Of a DNA stretch of 64,000 nt, positions 14,524-30,321 are shown piece by piece; position 1 is the stretch's first letter, and every line of letters starts with the position of its first letter. This stretch comes from Eledone cirrhosa (taxonomy: Eukaryota): positions 76,570,001 to 76,634,000 of the forward strand of contig OZ024742.1 in assembly GCA_964016885.1 (NCBI GenBank), written 5' to 3'. The translations under genes and the position numbers were made by a program. Under the pieces are notes generated by a model, which saw nothing but the letters and a program-made list of their open reading frames with translations, was not told the DNA's origin and did no database searches.

Positions 14524-14703
14524 CAAAGGAATTGTGGTAAGGAACCAGATGGACCATACCGCACCAGAGTACTCAATACTTATGGTAGTAGATTGGGAAA
14601 TAGGATAATTAAGACCCCGACGGCAGAGCTCAAGCCGTTTCGACGTTCAGAAATAGCCGTCGAAACGGCTTGAGCTCTGCCGTCGGGGTCTTACGTTTTC
14701 CTA
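14522..14703. mobile_element. Short asymmetric fold-back element (family D), copy 1
   Basis: Perfect 36-bp inverted arms 14610-14645 and 14658-14693, with an extension on the left arm. Flanked by (TA)n; homologous to 33907-34100. Confidence 0.8.
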
Positions 14704-14709
14704 TATATA

Positions 14710-14746
<37 letters not shown>

Positions 14747-14901
14747 TTCATTACTATCTTATTACCAGTAAGATAAATAGCTCAATGTAATGCTATATCA
14801 TTATGATGGATGTCAACCCTCTGTGGGTCAATATATGCGTATGTTTTTGTATGTCTCTTGTGTTGATAAGGAGGTCAAGTATGTGAAAAATCACTAAATA
14901 G

Positions 14902-14950
14902 TTGCTCCGACGAAGCCAAACCTCGGTTTGGAGGAAACAATTGTAAGCAA
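14902..14950 (+). ncRNA. Hammerhead-like motif (variant core CCGACGA) in a dispersed repeat
   Basis: TTGCT-CCGACGA-ag-CCAAACC-tc-GGTTTGG-ag-GAAA-CAATT-GTA-AGCAA. Stem I is 5 bp, stem III is palindromic and the triplet is GUA. The host repeat (about 14840-14990) recurs at about 58890-59030 on the minus strand. Confidence 0.5.
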
Positions 14951-16883
14951 ATAAATGATTTAAACTGAACTTTGATTCATGTAATTTCTCTCTATATATA
15001 TATATATGAAGTTATAGTTTCAAAGGTAAAACTTCTTATAAAAAAGAGAAAGTACACAAATCTTCCTTGGGGCTTAACTAGCATGCCATTGTGTATACAT
15101 GAATAACCACGTGTTTTCTTGCCTAGAACGTGAATATTTCCCAGGAGCCTGCATTTGAATGGTATTTCACATCATGTATTAGTTTTGAAATATACAATAT
15201 TTAGTGAAGTTACTAACAAGAAAATAAATAGACCTTACAATATTCATATGGTGGGAATGTAAAGCCTGAATATATTAAATAGGAAAGATGCAAGTGACAG
15301 AGGCACACACACAAAAAAAATGGTTAAACAATAATATTCTTTGTCACAAAATAGTAGTGGATCAGCTAACTCTTTAAAATACATAAACAGCTGACGAAAA
15401 TACAAGTAAAATTGAAAACATAAACAAACATAATCAGAAGTGAATATTGAAAAGTTAAAAGTGTATTGCTGATTCAACACAATGAAACATTTCAACAGAG
15501 TTTCAGGTAAACTATTTGAGTAATAAATGATACTACATCACCTTCAAAAGAAGATTAATAACTACAACATTTATTCCCCACATATGTTCTATATTTAAGA
15601 TTGAACGCAATAATATAGTAACAGATCCCAATTACAAAAGTAGAATATTATACTGATTCACTAAGACATAATATTAGTATCTTCAATGTTCATAAACTAC
15701 GAAACATTAGTATCGCAAGTTCTGAAAAAGAAAGACTATAAAGTGCATATACTATTTTGGAAATAGTGTAGAACGAGATACATTTAAACTTACGGTATCA
15801 AAGAGCACCTAACAATTATGAATAATTCGAAACTATCAGTGAAGCTCCCATTCAAGAATGTTTGGTTAAAAATGCACCATATGTAGCTGGGACTATAGTA
15901 GGATGGTGGACAATGTAGTTTATATATAATGACTGAAATCTATAGAAAAATGTTATTTACTAATCACTCAAAAGTGTTGTTTGCGAAATGAGAAAAGCCG
16001 GTTTGCTTATAATATATATTAATCTTTCCCAGGAGATGTCAAGCTATTTCACTACAATGTTTGTATTTGCTTTGAGACTCTTAGCAGAACGGGTCCTATG
16101 TCAAACAACATTATTTTGAAAACAAATATGTTGATCATTTCATTGTTTCGTCGTTTTGTCTAATTATTAGTCTCTTCTTTAAGTCCCATATACATGGTGG
16201 ATAGAACTACTAGAGGAAGAGAATGTTAAATAAAGTGACAGTGAATTATTTCAATATATGACATTTTAAAAATATTATATATTGCAACTTTTTCACCTGC
16301 CAGTATAAGCACTAGAATTAGTCTTATTTAGTCCCACATGTTACCAGATAGAATAAAGCTACGACTAAAAACGTTTTAGCCGTGACTGCTCCATGCATTT
16401 TATTTTTTTGTAAATACAGTTGATGTGATCTATCTGATATGACTGCGGATTGTAACGAGTCTACAGGTCGCCTATATGTTTTCCTGCTATGCCTCAATCT
16501 TACTTCTATACCTTCTATGTCCATGTTGTCAGCTGTGAGAACATTGAAATTATATTAAAAATATGCAGCAGTTTGTTGTATATAACGAAATAATTTAGGC
16601 AAATGAATGGTTTTCAAATTATATTAGGTCATATATACGCCTAAATAATGATTTCTAAAGTTGGGAATACTGAACTTTATAATTACTAATAGTTTCAATG
16701 AATCAATCGAAATTTGAAAGGGTATACTAACAGTTACTGCTCCTTAATATTTCCATTGGAAAGATTAACAGTACTATTTATGATACAGAAAGCCCAATAT
16801 AATGGTAACTCTAGCGTCAAGGTAACTTAAGAATATTGAGAATATATTTATAACACAAATTTAAATTTATTAGTAACAGATGG

Positions 16884-16947
16884 TTCTTCTTCTTCTTCTT
16901 CTTCTTCTTCTTCTTCTTCTTCTTCTTCTTCTTCTTCTTCTTCTTCT

Positions 16948-16980
<33 letters not shown>
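16884..16980. repeat. (TTC)n(TC)n tract at the 3' end of a minus-strand RTE fragment
   Basis: Direct reading; adjoins the LINE fragment. Confidence 0.9.
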
Positions 16981-16981
<1 letters not shown>

Positions 16982-16984
16982 AGA

Positions 16985-17975
16985 GAGAGGGTCGTGGGGG
17001 CAGAGTCCTCAGACACTTCTTCAAGTGGGTCTTTTCAGAAGCAACCATCTCCAACTGATTCGGCAGGATCCCCAAGTGTGACCAGCCAAACTCATGTATG
17101 TTATCCAACCATCTTCTCGGGGGCTACCCTGTGTAACATATCGGTCGGTTATGGCCGTAAAATCTGTCCAGATATTCTTTCCTGGGGCATTCTAACCGAA
17201 TGTCCATACTATCGTTGATGTGAACTCTCAATTCGGAGTAGAGGTTCTACCTCGAGTGACTCTCTGGTACGTACTCTATCGAATGACGTTACTCTAGAGA
17301 CCCTTGTATTCGCGATCGTATCCTTTCGGTCATTACCCAAGATTCATGACCATAGGTAAAGGTTGACATGAATACTGATTTAAAGATAATGTTTGGCTTT
17401 TACGCCTACATCCCTTCTGATTACTGAATGCCAAAGCTGGTGCTTTACACCACCAGCTTCTAAAACTTTTCCACTTTCCGCCACCTGGCGCCCATCACTT
17501 GTGAACACGAACAGGAGATACTTGAACGTCTCTACCTGCTTCAGTGAAACTCCATTCACATGTAGAGAACTCTGTGCAGGGCTCCTTGAGAGGGTGATTG
17601 TCTCAGCTTTCCCAGCACTGATGTTCATTCCAGCCATGCAGAACACGGCATCACGAGTATCTAGTGCAAGTCGGAGATCACCTTCTGTCGGGTTAAGTAA
17701 CAGTGTCGTCTGCAAATTCCAACCCCCTGATTTTACACCTGCCACTCATGCTATCACTTCCAAACCAGCTGCTTATGTCAATTCTCTTCATGCAATTAAT
17801 GAACATGAGAGGTGAGAGTACGCATGATTCGTGGTGTCCGACTCCAACGTTGAATGGTTTCGATTTTACACTACTTATGCGAACACAAATACTCGGACAT
17901 TCATATAGAGACATCAGGACAGCAAGAAGTTGACTATGGATCCCATACTACTTCACAGCCTTCTACAACTCGTCC
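16985..17975 (-). mobile_element. RTE-clade LINE 3' fragment (degenerate reverse transcriptase)
   Basis: Translations VKSKPFNVGVG..CVLSPLMFI, LEFADD and VSLKQVETFKYL. Homologous to 40690-41640. Confidence 0.85.
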
Positions 17976-18822
17976 CGAGGGACGCGGTCATATACCTTTT
18001 CACGCTCGAGAAAATAACAATATACATCCTAGCAATCCCCCCACTATGTCTCGATGTCCTGTCGCAGTTTGTCATAAAATTAATATTTTTTTAATTCTAA
18101 GATTCAATTTGTTTTGTATGGGAATCGCAATGCATTGCATATTTCGTTACTAAATTTATATTGAAACCACTACACATTTCTCATGAAACCTCTAGACTAA
18201 AAATCAAAGAGAGACATTTCACGGCAGAAAGCATTACTAGATAAGTTGTACGAATTCTCAACGTAACAACTCGTGCCGTCTTCTAACATCTATTCAGTCA
18301 GCAACTAATATCTTAACTGGAGTAATATAAAATCAGATAAGCTTCATACGACGAACATAACGTAACAGTGTTAATGTCTCTGCATGTCATTTCACTGTAA
18401 ATTTTATAAATGTTTTTCTAAAAATGTCACCCAATCAATTTAAACTAATAATGGTTTCTGTAAAAGTACACTGTCTTCCGGCATTACACATAAGTTTTTT
18501 TATAGAATGAGGTGAATAATGTCGTTAACAGATGTAGGTTGCCGATGAAATTATTTCTTTTCGTTCAGTGTTCTTAGTAAAGGTACGGACAATGAAAGGA
18601 TATTTGAAGATAGCAATATACTTGAGGCTATGTTGGGAGTTCAATATATCAAATGTATGACATACCGGTACGTTCCCTGACAATAATTGAAGTTTTGCTT
18701 TCATTGAAGGAAAGGAAATCACAAACCCCACAGCATATCGACTTGTTTAGATAATTCATGTAGTAGGCACAGGCGTGCGCATTCAATATATATGCACAAA
18801 TACTCGGACACAGACACACACA

Positions 18823-18853
<31 letters not shown>

Positions 18854-18987
18854 GCACTCAAAGAGAGACACACACAAAGACACACACACTCACACACGCA
18901 GCTCACACACACACTCACGCACACACTCACACACACACACACACACACAAACAGCCCCCCCCCCCCCCTTACGTACCCCCCCCCCCT

Positions 18988-19030
<43 letters not shown>

Positions 19031-19707
19031 CATTATATTATAAACTTTACGTCAGATCAAATGTCGTTTTGGCACAAAATGAATATGTATTGCAGAAAGG
19101 AATATCACTTGTTTTAAATAAAGAAAGAAGAATTTATCTCCACTGTTGACGATTACTAAATGAAATCCTTTCGAATTACACAACACTTCTAAAACGTTCC
19201 TCAAATTCGAAGCAAATACAAATAAATGTCTCTGTAGAGGAAAAAGGTGAATCAATTTTTTCTAACATGACTTGAATAAATTGAGAATGAACTTAAATTA
19301 GCATTCAGACGAATGGAAGTATATGTTTACGCCAGCCAGCTGTGCTACGGCTAATTAACTTGATATATACATATGAAAGGCGTCTTCGTTAACACGATAG
19401 GTCATCCGTCTAAATAATCTACCTATGTCGGCATTTAGATATTAATTAACAGAATTGCAATTTTCACGAGGACAGCACTTGACGCAATGGGTCAGAACCT
19501 CAAATCGTGTAATTTATATTTATTTAATACACTTACTTAGTTATATATATATGCAGTTGATAATGAAATACGGATACATTGGACGAAATGAATTTCCTTC
19601 AAACAAATGCTTTCAGTGTTGACCTTTTAAAGCTAATGATTTGTAACTGTAAATATCTGTGTATACAAACAAACAAACACACACCCATATATATATGCTC
19701 GCGCGTT

Positions 19708-19747
<40 letters not shown>

Positions 19748-19780
19748 TGTGTGTGTGTGTGTGTGCGTGCGTGTGTGTGT

Positions 19781-19818
<38 letters not shown>

Positions 19819-20279
19819 GTGTGTGTGTGTGTGTTTCTGTGTGTATATGTATTCATATATTAGAGGTGTATGTGGAAAATCATTAATAAATCTCGTCATG
19901 TGTATTTTCGCCTGTGACAATGGCACTTCTATTAGAGTAGCCCTGTGAAAACGTCAGAAGCTATTGTTTCCGGGACATTTAATCAACACCAGTGACGTTT
20001 ACTCTGTCCAGGGATGAGTATACTTTTTGTGTCCTGGAAAATGTCATTTGTATATACTGCATGCTAGACAGGCATTAATCATAAGTAGCACTATCAGTGT
20101 GAATCACAAAAAGTTGTATAGTACATGCCTTCATATACAACTCCATTATGAAACACACTATGTTAGAGCTACGGCTAATACGATTACACTCTTGCATATA
20201 AATTTATGAAGACAGATAAGGTTTTGTTTATGTATATCACTGAAGCCTATACTTTTCTTGGGGCTATACCTACTAATAC

Positions 20280-20341
<62 letters not shown>

Positions 20342-20427
20342 CATACATATATACATATATATATATACAAGTATATATATATATATATATATTAGAGCAA
20401 ACATCACGAGCGCTCTATCTCAAAATT

Positions 20428-20465
20428 ATTTTTGAAAAGCATTAGAAATGCGCAACCGGTAAAAG
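20428..20465 (+). ncRNA. Hammerhead remnant with U3-A8 core
   Basis: TTT-TTGAAAA-GCAT-tagaa-ATGC-GCAA-CCG-GTA-AAAG. One core mutation (GAAA to GCAA); palindromic ACCGGT stem III. Confidence 0.5.
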
Positions 20466-20623
20466 CTCAAACTAAAACTGAATACTAACCAATACTTATT
20501 ACTAATTTATACTTATTCCTAATTAAACTATTTTTCACTGGGAAAAATTTGTCAGCATTTTCTTTTCCTTTTACTAATATATCACAACTCGTGAGTTACA
20601 CCACTATTTTTTAAATATATATA

Positions 20624-22100
<1,477 letters not shown>

Positions 22101-23417
22101 TAGTGTGTATAGTGTTGTGTCTGCTGGGTGACTAGTGTGTGACTAGTGAGAAAAGCAGTCTAATTTTTACTGAAGGGTATCATAAAATAAATAAATAAAT
22201 AAATAAATAGACACATCAACAAATAAAGGTTATTCTTCTGATGAACGGCATAGCTTAAGGTAAGTGATAATATCGTTTACTAAAGTTGTTTGAACAATTT
22301 CTCATTCCAGAAGCCCTATTCAAATACCAAAATTTACAAGAACACTAGAACTTGACATGTTGATTATTATAAATTTATGAGAGAAATGTCATTGTTGACT
22401 CGGCTGTGTCTCTTTGTCATTTGACTCTGCTATTGTTCGAGGAACAGCGACATGACGAGTGCTTTCTGAAGTCATATAAGCAATAGATTTTGATGCGAAT
22501 GTATTAGTATTTAGACATAATATTACTTCGGGTCTCTCTTTCTCTCTCTCTCTCTCTCTCACTCTCTCTTTGTTTTGTTTCGTGACTGTATGGCTATTGG
22601 TTTGGAAGCGAAAGATCTAATAGTATTAAAATCTACGGCGAAAGAAAATAAAGCAAAATCATAAAATGCAGGAGAATTCTATTCAATTCTGATTAATTTC
22701 GAATTAAATGAAAATACCAATTTAGATATATAGAGCAAAACATTTAAATATAATTTTGAGTAGATTTTGGTATGATGTGTAATTTTATTGAATCATTTTC
22801 AGTTAAGCGTACATTTAGAAAATATCAGTAGTTGTTTAAAACGTTTATCAGAAAAAGAAAATAGTACCCAAATCATTAACGTATTACATTGACTAGTTGT
22901 AAACATGACAAAGAAAGGCGGATGTAAATTGTACTTCATTGTTCTATCTGAGTAATCGATTTTAAATCTTTTCAATATATTAGTGAATATATATATATAT
23001 GTATGTATCCATGTATGTATATATATACGTACGTATGTATGTAAGTATGTATGTAAGTATGCATGTATGGATATGTGCATGTCCTTATGTATTCTAACAT
23101 ACACTTATGTAAATATATATATATAATAATAATAAATGTGAAGACTAAAATCCGAAGAGGGCTCGATAAGGAATATATATTTATATATAATATATATGTA
23201 TAAACCCGTAGAGTAAATATTTCTTAAAATAACAGATTAAATACCAATTTAGGTATATAAAGCAAAACATTTGAAGAGAAATATGTTGAGTACATTTTCG
23301 TATGATGTGTAATTTTCGAAATAATATTTACTTCTGCGCCCACAGACGGATTTATTTTAGTTTCAGAAGATTTCGTTATGGGTGAAAGCAGCAATTCTTT
23401 GCTTAATCTTTAATCTG

Positions 23418-23469
<52 letters not shown>

Positions 23470-23479
23470 TAATTGCTAC

Positions 23480-24780
23480 TTCATGTCAAAAAAATGGCAG
23501 CCCTTCATTTAACATTGCACTTTAATTCATGCTGGATCTTTGCAGGTAATGCACTTGGATCCTGAGTGAACGCTTCAAATAGCAAGCTCCTTTGGCCTTT
23601 TCTCAAAGCCATTACATCAGTATTGAATGATCATTATCCATGAGGTACGGTCTTCTGGTAGCCTCCTATATCCCCATATCAATCTTCAAAGCTTTAAGTT
23701 TGTCTTTTACGGCATCTTTAAACTGTTGCACCTAGTCTTGCACGAAAAGCCACAATGCCATACCGATATTACTAGCCCATGAATGACCATTACAACACTG
23801 ACTCTTCGAAAGTGGATCAGAACAGCAGGTATTCCATCCATATCTCAGGATTTCCCTATGTTTATCTCTTTTATAGTAGACTTTATTTCATCAATAGGTG
23901 GAAAATTCATTGTCCCTATTACAGTCTCCTTTTACAGAACTCCATTGATAATTTCCTCATCAACTACAGGTGGTTTATCAATCAGGTACTTAAAATGTTC
24001 TGTCTACCGACTTATGATTCCTGCTGCATCTTTGATGTTTACGATCCCATCTTTTGACTTCAATGGTGAAATTATTGAAGACTGTGGGCCAAAGAGTTGC
24101 CTTATTGTACTGTCAAGTCATTTCAGTTATAAGCCCTCCACCTCTTTGCTGAAACTTCCGATCACCAGTTCTTCTTCATCGTTCGATTTTTACATTATAT
24201 CTTTGAATTTGCTTCTTTTAATGATTTCTCAAACTTTCTGCTCACTGAGCTCTCCGCCCCAACACACTTCTCATTCAAATTCTTTTTCTCTTCCATGTGC
24301 ATTGTAATTTCAGCATCATTATCAACAAACCATTCTCTGTGTTTTGTTTCCTTAAGTGCAGCAGCCCCAACACTGGAAACCTGCATTTTAAACTCTTCCC
24401 AAGTCCCTTCAAAGACGACGTTATCAAGTGCATTTTGCATTTCTGAACTTTGGAGTTCGGACACATCCGAAAATACGCTTTAGCAATTTTAACCCTGCTG
24501 CTCTCAATTTGATTCTGCTCTGCACCTTACTATTCTCACCTACAAGTCTGTGGTGTGTACCAGGTTTTGTACCACGCATTACTCTTACAGAGCAGATATC
24601 ATGGAGGCCTTTATTCCTGCTGATGATATAATCCAAGATGTGTCCTTGTATGGATGTCGAGGGTATCCATGGTGCCTTTTGAATCTCCTTTTGGGAAACA
24701 TATATTGCACACGACTAGCTCAAACTCAGTGCATAATTGCAAGAGGAGAAGATAATTGGCATTGATCTTGCCTTAACATT
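23480..24780 (-). mobile_element. RTE-clade LINE remnant, internally deleted
   Basis: Translations DYII...DICSVRVMRG...THHRLV (end of AP endonuclease), WFVDNDAEI (linker) and QQFKDAVKDKLK (C-terminus); many stops. Confidence 0.75.
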
Positions 24781-26120
24781 CTTCAGATGTGGTAGGCCTT
24801 TATGACTTGTCCATTAACAACTCCAAGAAGCAAGTTGTTGTCCGAATGTGGAGTCTATGTTATACACCCTTGTGAATCTGTCTAAAAATCCCTTGATTGA
24901 AACGTCTGTTCCCTGTCATTGTGTTTTGCAATTCTAATTCGTTTATTAACGTTGTACAAATTTAGTAAAAGTCTAAGAATTATTATATGAATTAAATTAT
25001 GTACATCTATGATCAAATATGATTTAAATATATATACATACGCGTGAATGTATACATATGTGCATGTGTGTGTGACTGTGATAGTCCCTAAATTTATGTG
25101 AATATATATAGATATTAGTAAATTATTGATAATATTTGTAACGCCAGTACAATGCGGTAAAAACATATAAAGGGTACATAAATAAACAAAACAAATATTA
25201 GTATTATCATTCCATGTCATTAAATTCACCAATAAAATGTGAGAATGGTGTAATATGCCCACGTTTAATTGACACATAACATCATTTGTCGTTTAGGTAT
25301 TGATTCCAAAATAAGATAGTTTGAACCCTAAAAGTATATATTCAATCTTCATCACAGTATTTCTTTTATATTCTTAGAAAATGCACTTGTTCGTTTTTCT
25401 GCAAATTATATTGTCACAAGAGATAAACTTCTACGTGTTTTGTTTCATTGTATGCACGTTTAATGTTTACACTTCGAAAGTATTGATTAAAACTAAAAGC
25501 TGACAGTATCATGTTCGTCAGTAAACACATGACTTTTGAGATCAGTTGACGTTACTCTGTAAATAGCAAATATATTTGATTAACAAATATAACTTATTTC
25601 AGGCCACATCTTACTATCAGACAGCCGTTTTGCTAAAAATCGATATTCAATCACTTGATTACCAATATTGACATTTTATCTCTTACGACGTGTAAATATA
25701 ATTTAAACGAAGAAATATTACTATTTAATTTGTGTATATTACTTATGAAGACAAACACTTATTTTTTAACTGGATGTACGCGACATATTTTCAGTAACTC
25801 TTTATGTTGACCGACATCCATTTTACGAGAAGTTTCAATGATATATGTATAATTGTATGTTTTGAATCATAGTATCCATGAAAATAAAGTCTATGAATAA
25901 TTCAGTGAAATTTATTAAGATTCTTTGTGTAGGTAGCCACATAGGCGTGCGTTAATATATGAAGTGTAAATAACTTCCTAATTCCTGCAGCTTTCATTCA
26001 TCCATTCTATTAAATATATTAGACTAAATCGCAAAAATTGAAATTGATTTTTCTGTTATACTACCACTAATACGGCAATGGAATATGTTAATGCATATAT
26101 TTCCACAAGATGATTCATAT

Positions 26121-26165
26121 TTACGTATGCACATGTCACGTATGCACATGTTACGTATGCACATG
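26121..26165. repeat. 15-bp tandem repeat x3 (ACGTATGCACATGTY)
   Basis: Direct reading. Confidence 0.85.
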
Positions 26166-28556
26166 AGTGACTTTTAATCGTAATCCTGGTAAGACTTCCA
26201 TCAATAAGGGTGTCTCACAAATGTTCGAACATTTCTTTGTATGGGTCATTGATCTGTATTGAAGGATATCATATATTTTGTAGGTTAAATTGAACTTATA
26301 TTATCCTAGTAATTGAAGTGTAAATATTATTACTTCTTGGAAATACAAATTCTTTCTTAAAAATAAAAGGACCTCAGTACATTTATTGAAAGCTTCACCC
26401 ATGTTTGATTGTCAAAGATCATATACTCACACTTATTTAATTTGTCCCATAGAGTTTAATAGTGGATAATTCTACATCTGACATAAAAAAAACTTCATGA
26501 AAGAATGTTTTCTATATAGATATATTAAATGCAATTTAAATGATAAAGTTATATCATTATTTTTTTCAAACTTCCAATTAATACTGATTAATTAAAGTGC
26601 GTGCAAAATAAAAATAAATTATGCCGGATGTTTTACTTGGTATGTAACTAAATTGCATACTTGCCATAGTCTCATTTCATTAGAAATATAACTACACGGA
26701 AGTCGATCACTACAGGTTCAAATAAGGATATGATATTTATATTCAATGAATGCTAGAAAGAATTATGCATTATCCATAGGGAACTTAAATATTAAATAAG
26801 TAATCACTTTATAAAATATCCTGGAATATTTAATATCGATTCAATAATAACGGGATGAGTCAATTCCATAGGTCAATAGAGAGCAAGAACTTAATTGAAT
26901 GTAAACAAGGTCATCAGAAGACATTGATTATGCCTTTATATATTTGCGTCAGTGGGAAGGATTTAAAGACGTGTGAGAATAGATCCTCGTGCTGAGGGTG
27001 TCTCTGGCCATTCTCTGTGGTAATGCTTTTGCCATTTTTTATGTTATTGTATTGCGATTAACACAAACAACTTTAAACATCGTGAAATAAAATCTATGAA
27101 ATCTTTGAATCTATGCTAAATTAGATATGCTGCAATACAGTAGCCTCCGAGTAATTTGTGAGGAAATTATAGTTATTTAAATCATATTGTAAATATTGAT
27201 CTTTTAAAATAAATAACTCTGCATATTATGTTTTATGACATTACAATTATTTAAAATAAGAGTGCTATACATTGAATAAATAGGCATTTCATTATCGAAT
27301 CTATGGGGCGTACACGAAAAGTTCAAAACGACTCGAAAACAAGGGTTAAACTGTTGTTATATTCTACATCTGGCAATACTGTTGTTAACTTGTAGCTGTA
27401 TGGTAAACTTGATTAAACAGACTGATGATAAATGCCATCTAGCCATGAGTCTTAATTATCATGAATGTTAAGAGGTGCCTATATCCATTATTATATGAAT
27501 GTTGTTATCGGTAGTACGTTATTTGTTGATGGTATTGCTGCCATATCTAGCAAGTTAGGAAACTAGCCATAATCTCTCTCGAAATCAATCCCATGTTCTC
27601 TTGCTAACTTGTTTGACTATCTTCACGTTCCATTAAGGTGAACTCTTAATCCGAGAATCCACGAGCTACGACTCTGTCACTGCCTCCACCCATGTCAATT
27701 CGGCTGTAAACACAGACACGACCGTCTCCAATACAGAAGAGACATAGCTGACCAAAAACCGAGGCTTGAACAATTGCTTCCTTTTCACGCCGGTCGCAGT
27801 TGAGACCTCGGGTAGCCTCGGTGTTGAACAGCTGTGCTCCGCAAAATCAGGAAGATTCCCCAGATCGCCTATGGATTGAGCTCCATCAGGTGGGGTGGCT
27901 CGTGCAGTGGGTGTCGGTGGCCATTCACCCCGGCAATGCCTTCGTCAAATTACCTAAGGCGAAGCCTTTACCAATGTGTCTGTAGTGCGCTTCAGAAACC
28001 TCCTTTGATACGGGTGTATGGTGTTTTGTCATCCTACTTTCTTTTCTATCGTTGCTTTATTTCTTTTTTTTGTTCTTTTTTCCTCTCTCTCTTTTCCGTT
28101 TCAATTTTGCCACTTTTGTTGTAGAATTTCAATAAAACTTCAAAACATTACGGTTTCCTCTGTTTGAAGCGTGCTTTGTCATTTGAACTGTAGTTGCAAG
28201 ATCGGGATGTTCCGTCCATCAAACAACTAGAAAATTATCGAAGAAAGATACGGTGGTGAATTCTACTTTAATAAATTAAAGGAAAGAACCACGCGCTCAT
28301 TATTTGGTACATGAAAAAGCCCATATTAATAGAAAAACACCCGGTCTTCAATATCATGTACATGACGATAAATAACAAAGTGTCTACACTCCATAATTTA
28401 GGATGTTATTATTCACATTTATTTCATTGATTCTTACAGTACAGATAACAAAAAAATAAAAATACACCCGGTTCCTGATATTTATCTGGACTTGAAATTG
28501 TGTATGTCATACCTTATATCCAAATTGAGAATGGTCTTAGCGTTAATATAGTCAAT

Positions 28557-28743
28557 AATTGTTTCTACTTTTGGCACAAGGCCAGCAATTACCCAGTGTA
28601 TTACTGGTACTTTATTTTATCGACCCCGTAAGGATAAAAGGCAAAGTTAACCTCGGCAGGATTTGAACTCAGACCGTAAAGGGACGTAACTATGCTCGAA
28701 AGATGGCGTCCGACCCTCGACCAATACTGCCAATTCACTGCCC
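28557..28743 (-). mobile_element. Full-length Nin-domain tRNA-SINE with 19-bp TSD
   Basis: Minus strand has A box TGGCAGTATTGG, B box GAGTTCAAATCC and core GAGGTTAACTTTGCC...GGGGTCGATAAAATAAAGTACCAG. TSD CGTTAATATAGTCAATAAT at 28541-28559 and 28746-28764. Confidence 0.9.
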
Positions 28744-30321
28744 TTCGTTAATATAGTCAATAATAATACATAATCTGTATTGACTACTCTGTTAAATAAA
28801 TGTTTCATCAGTGGTTATAATTGCATAGTACAATTGCATAGAAAGAAAATCTAATTATGTTTTGATGTACTTTGTAATATTCATATCTGTGTGAGTCCTG
28901 TATCTGTCAGCGTCATTATTCACCATAGCGTATAAGTATTGACTTATTAATATCATCATAAAACCACTTTAAACTGCCAAATGATATGCGACGGATTATT
29001 AACGCATTTATAAATCTTAAGAATTGTAAAATAAATTAAACAGGCAAATTATGAAATCATACTAACGTTGATATTGGATGTTATCAATGTTTTTATTCAG
29101 CTTATACCACTAGAGAATGTTCAGCTCAATACGTAAAGATTTCAAAGCCATAACCTCAATTCAATTTCAATTAACTGTGTATTTCCTTTGTTTCACTTAG
29201 AATGCAACCATATTTTTACTAGAGCAGAATACATCCACATAATATCGTTTTCATTTGCTTCAAGAAAATATTATAGATGCTTTTATATTGGGAAATGCTG
29301 TCAGATAGAAACCAAAAGGAGAAGATTTGTCTGCTACTTTTTGTACACCGCAGGCTGGTTAAGATAGTCAACTCACACCGAATTGATTTACTTTGCATAT
29401 ATTAAGTTGGTGTTGATTTCCTTCACTATACTTTGTTACAGAAATACTGGATAACTATATTGTATGTTATTACTAGCACTTTGTAATCTACTCTCAGATA
29501 TGCATTTCAAAATATTGTATATTAACCACTTTCTATTCAGTTTTTGATATTTTGTATTGTTTTTGAGTTAGCTATTGCAAAGTATCCGATAGCGTAGCAT
29601 CACCGTGCCTAACGGTAAATAACGTATAAAGTAAAAGAAATGGGAGTTTGAATTACTGATGACCTGGTTTTATCCATATGAGTATTAAGTAAGCCACGTC
29701 TCCTAATCAAGGTTTTGTTCAAACCACAACGTCTATACGTGATACCTAGACCTGTTGAATGTGATCCTGTCAATGATATGAAAGAAATACGTGGTAGTAA
29801 AAATATAAATGACAAACGATAAAAGTATTATATAAGCATGATCTTTTCAAACCTTCATATTTCTCAGATTTTATGTTCGTAAAATGAATTAAATTAAATG
29901 TTTTGGGAGCTATAATCAACTACATATATTTTAAAAGCAAGCAACAGTATCCTTTTGTCTACATCATTTGTGAATAAATGCTTCCTCTTTATTCGTTTGA
30001 TTTTGTATTTTCAAAAAAATTAGTGTCACTATTTGTCTTTACTATGTATGTAATATCTTTCCGAACATAAATGGTGTTTGCAACACTAATCAGGAACTCA
30101 TTTGATGTTTTCAGAACAACATCGTATACTGGGTGTATGGAGTTCTGCATTACCTTGAAGTCAACATAACCTTTTTAGAACAACATGTTGTCTCTCCATT
30201 CGATGCAGGCATTGTATAAATGAGAGTAATCTTCCCACATAGCTATTATACATATTTGGGATCAGTAACCTTTGTACTGTAAATCAGAGTTAGCAGAGCA
30301 GAAAACATTATTTAATTACAA

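Noticed and set aside
22232-22262. TTCTT-CTGATGA-ACGGC hammerhead-like start
   Set aside because: No stem II closure or GAAA follows.
22713-23317. Degenerate direct repeat of about 80 bp (22713-22790 and 23239-23317) as LTRs
   Set aside because: Too diverged and AT-rich, with no internal features; likely an old local duplication.
27300-27335. Mariner-like TIR start (GGGGCGT...AAAAGTT)
   Set aside because: No partner TIR or transposase sequence was found.
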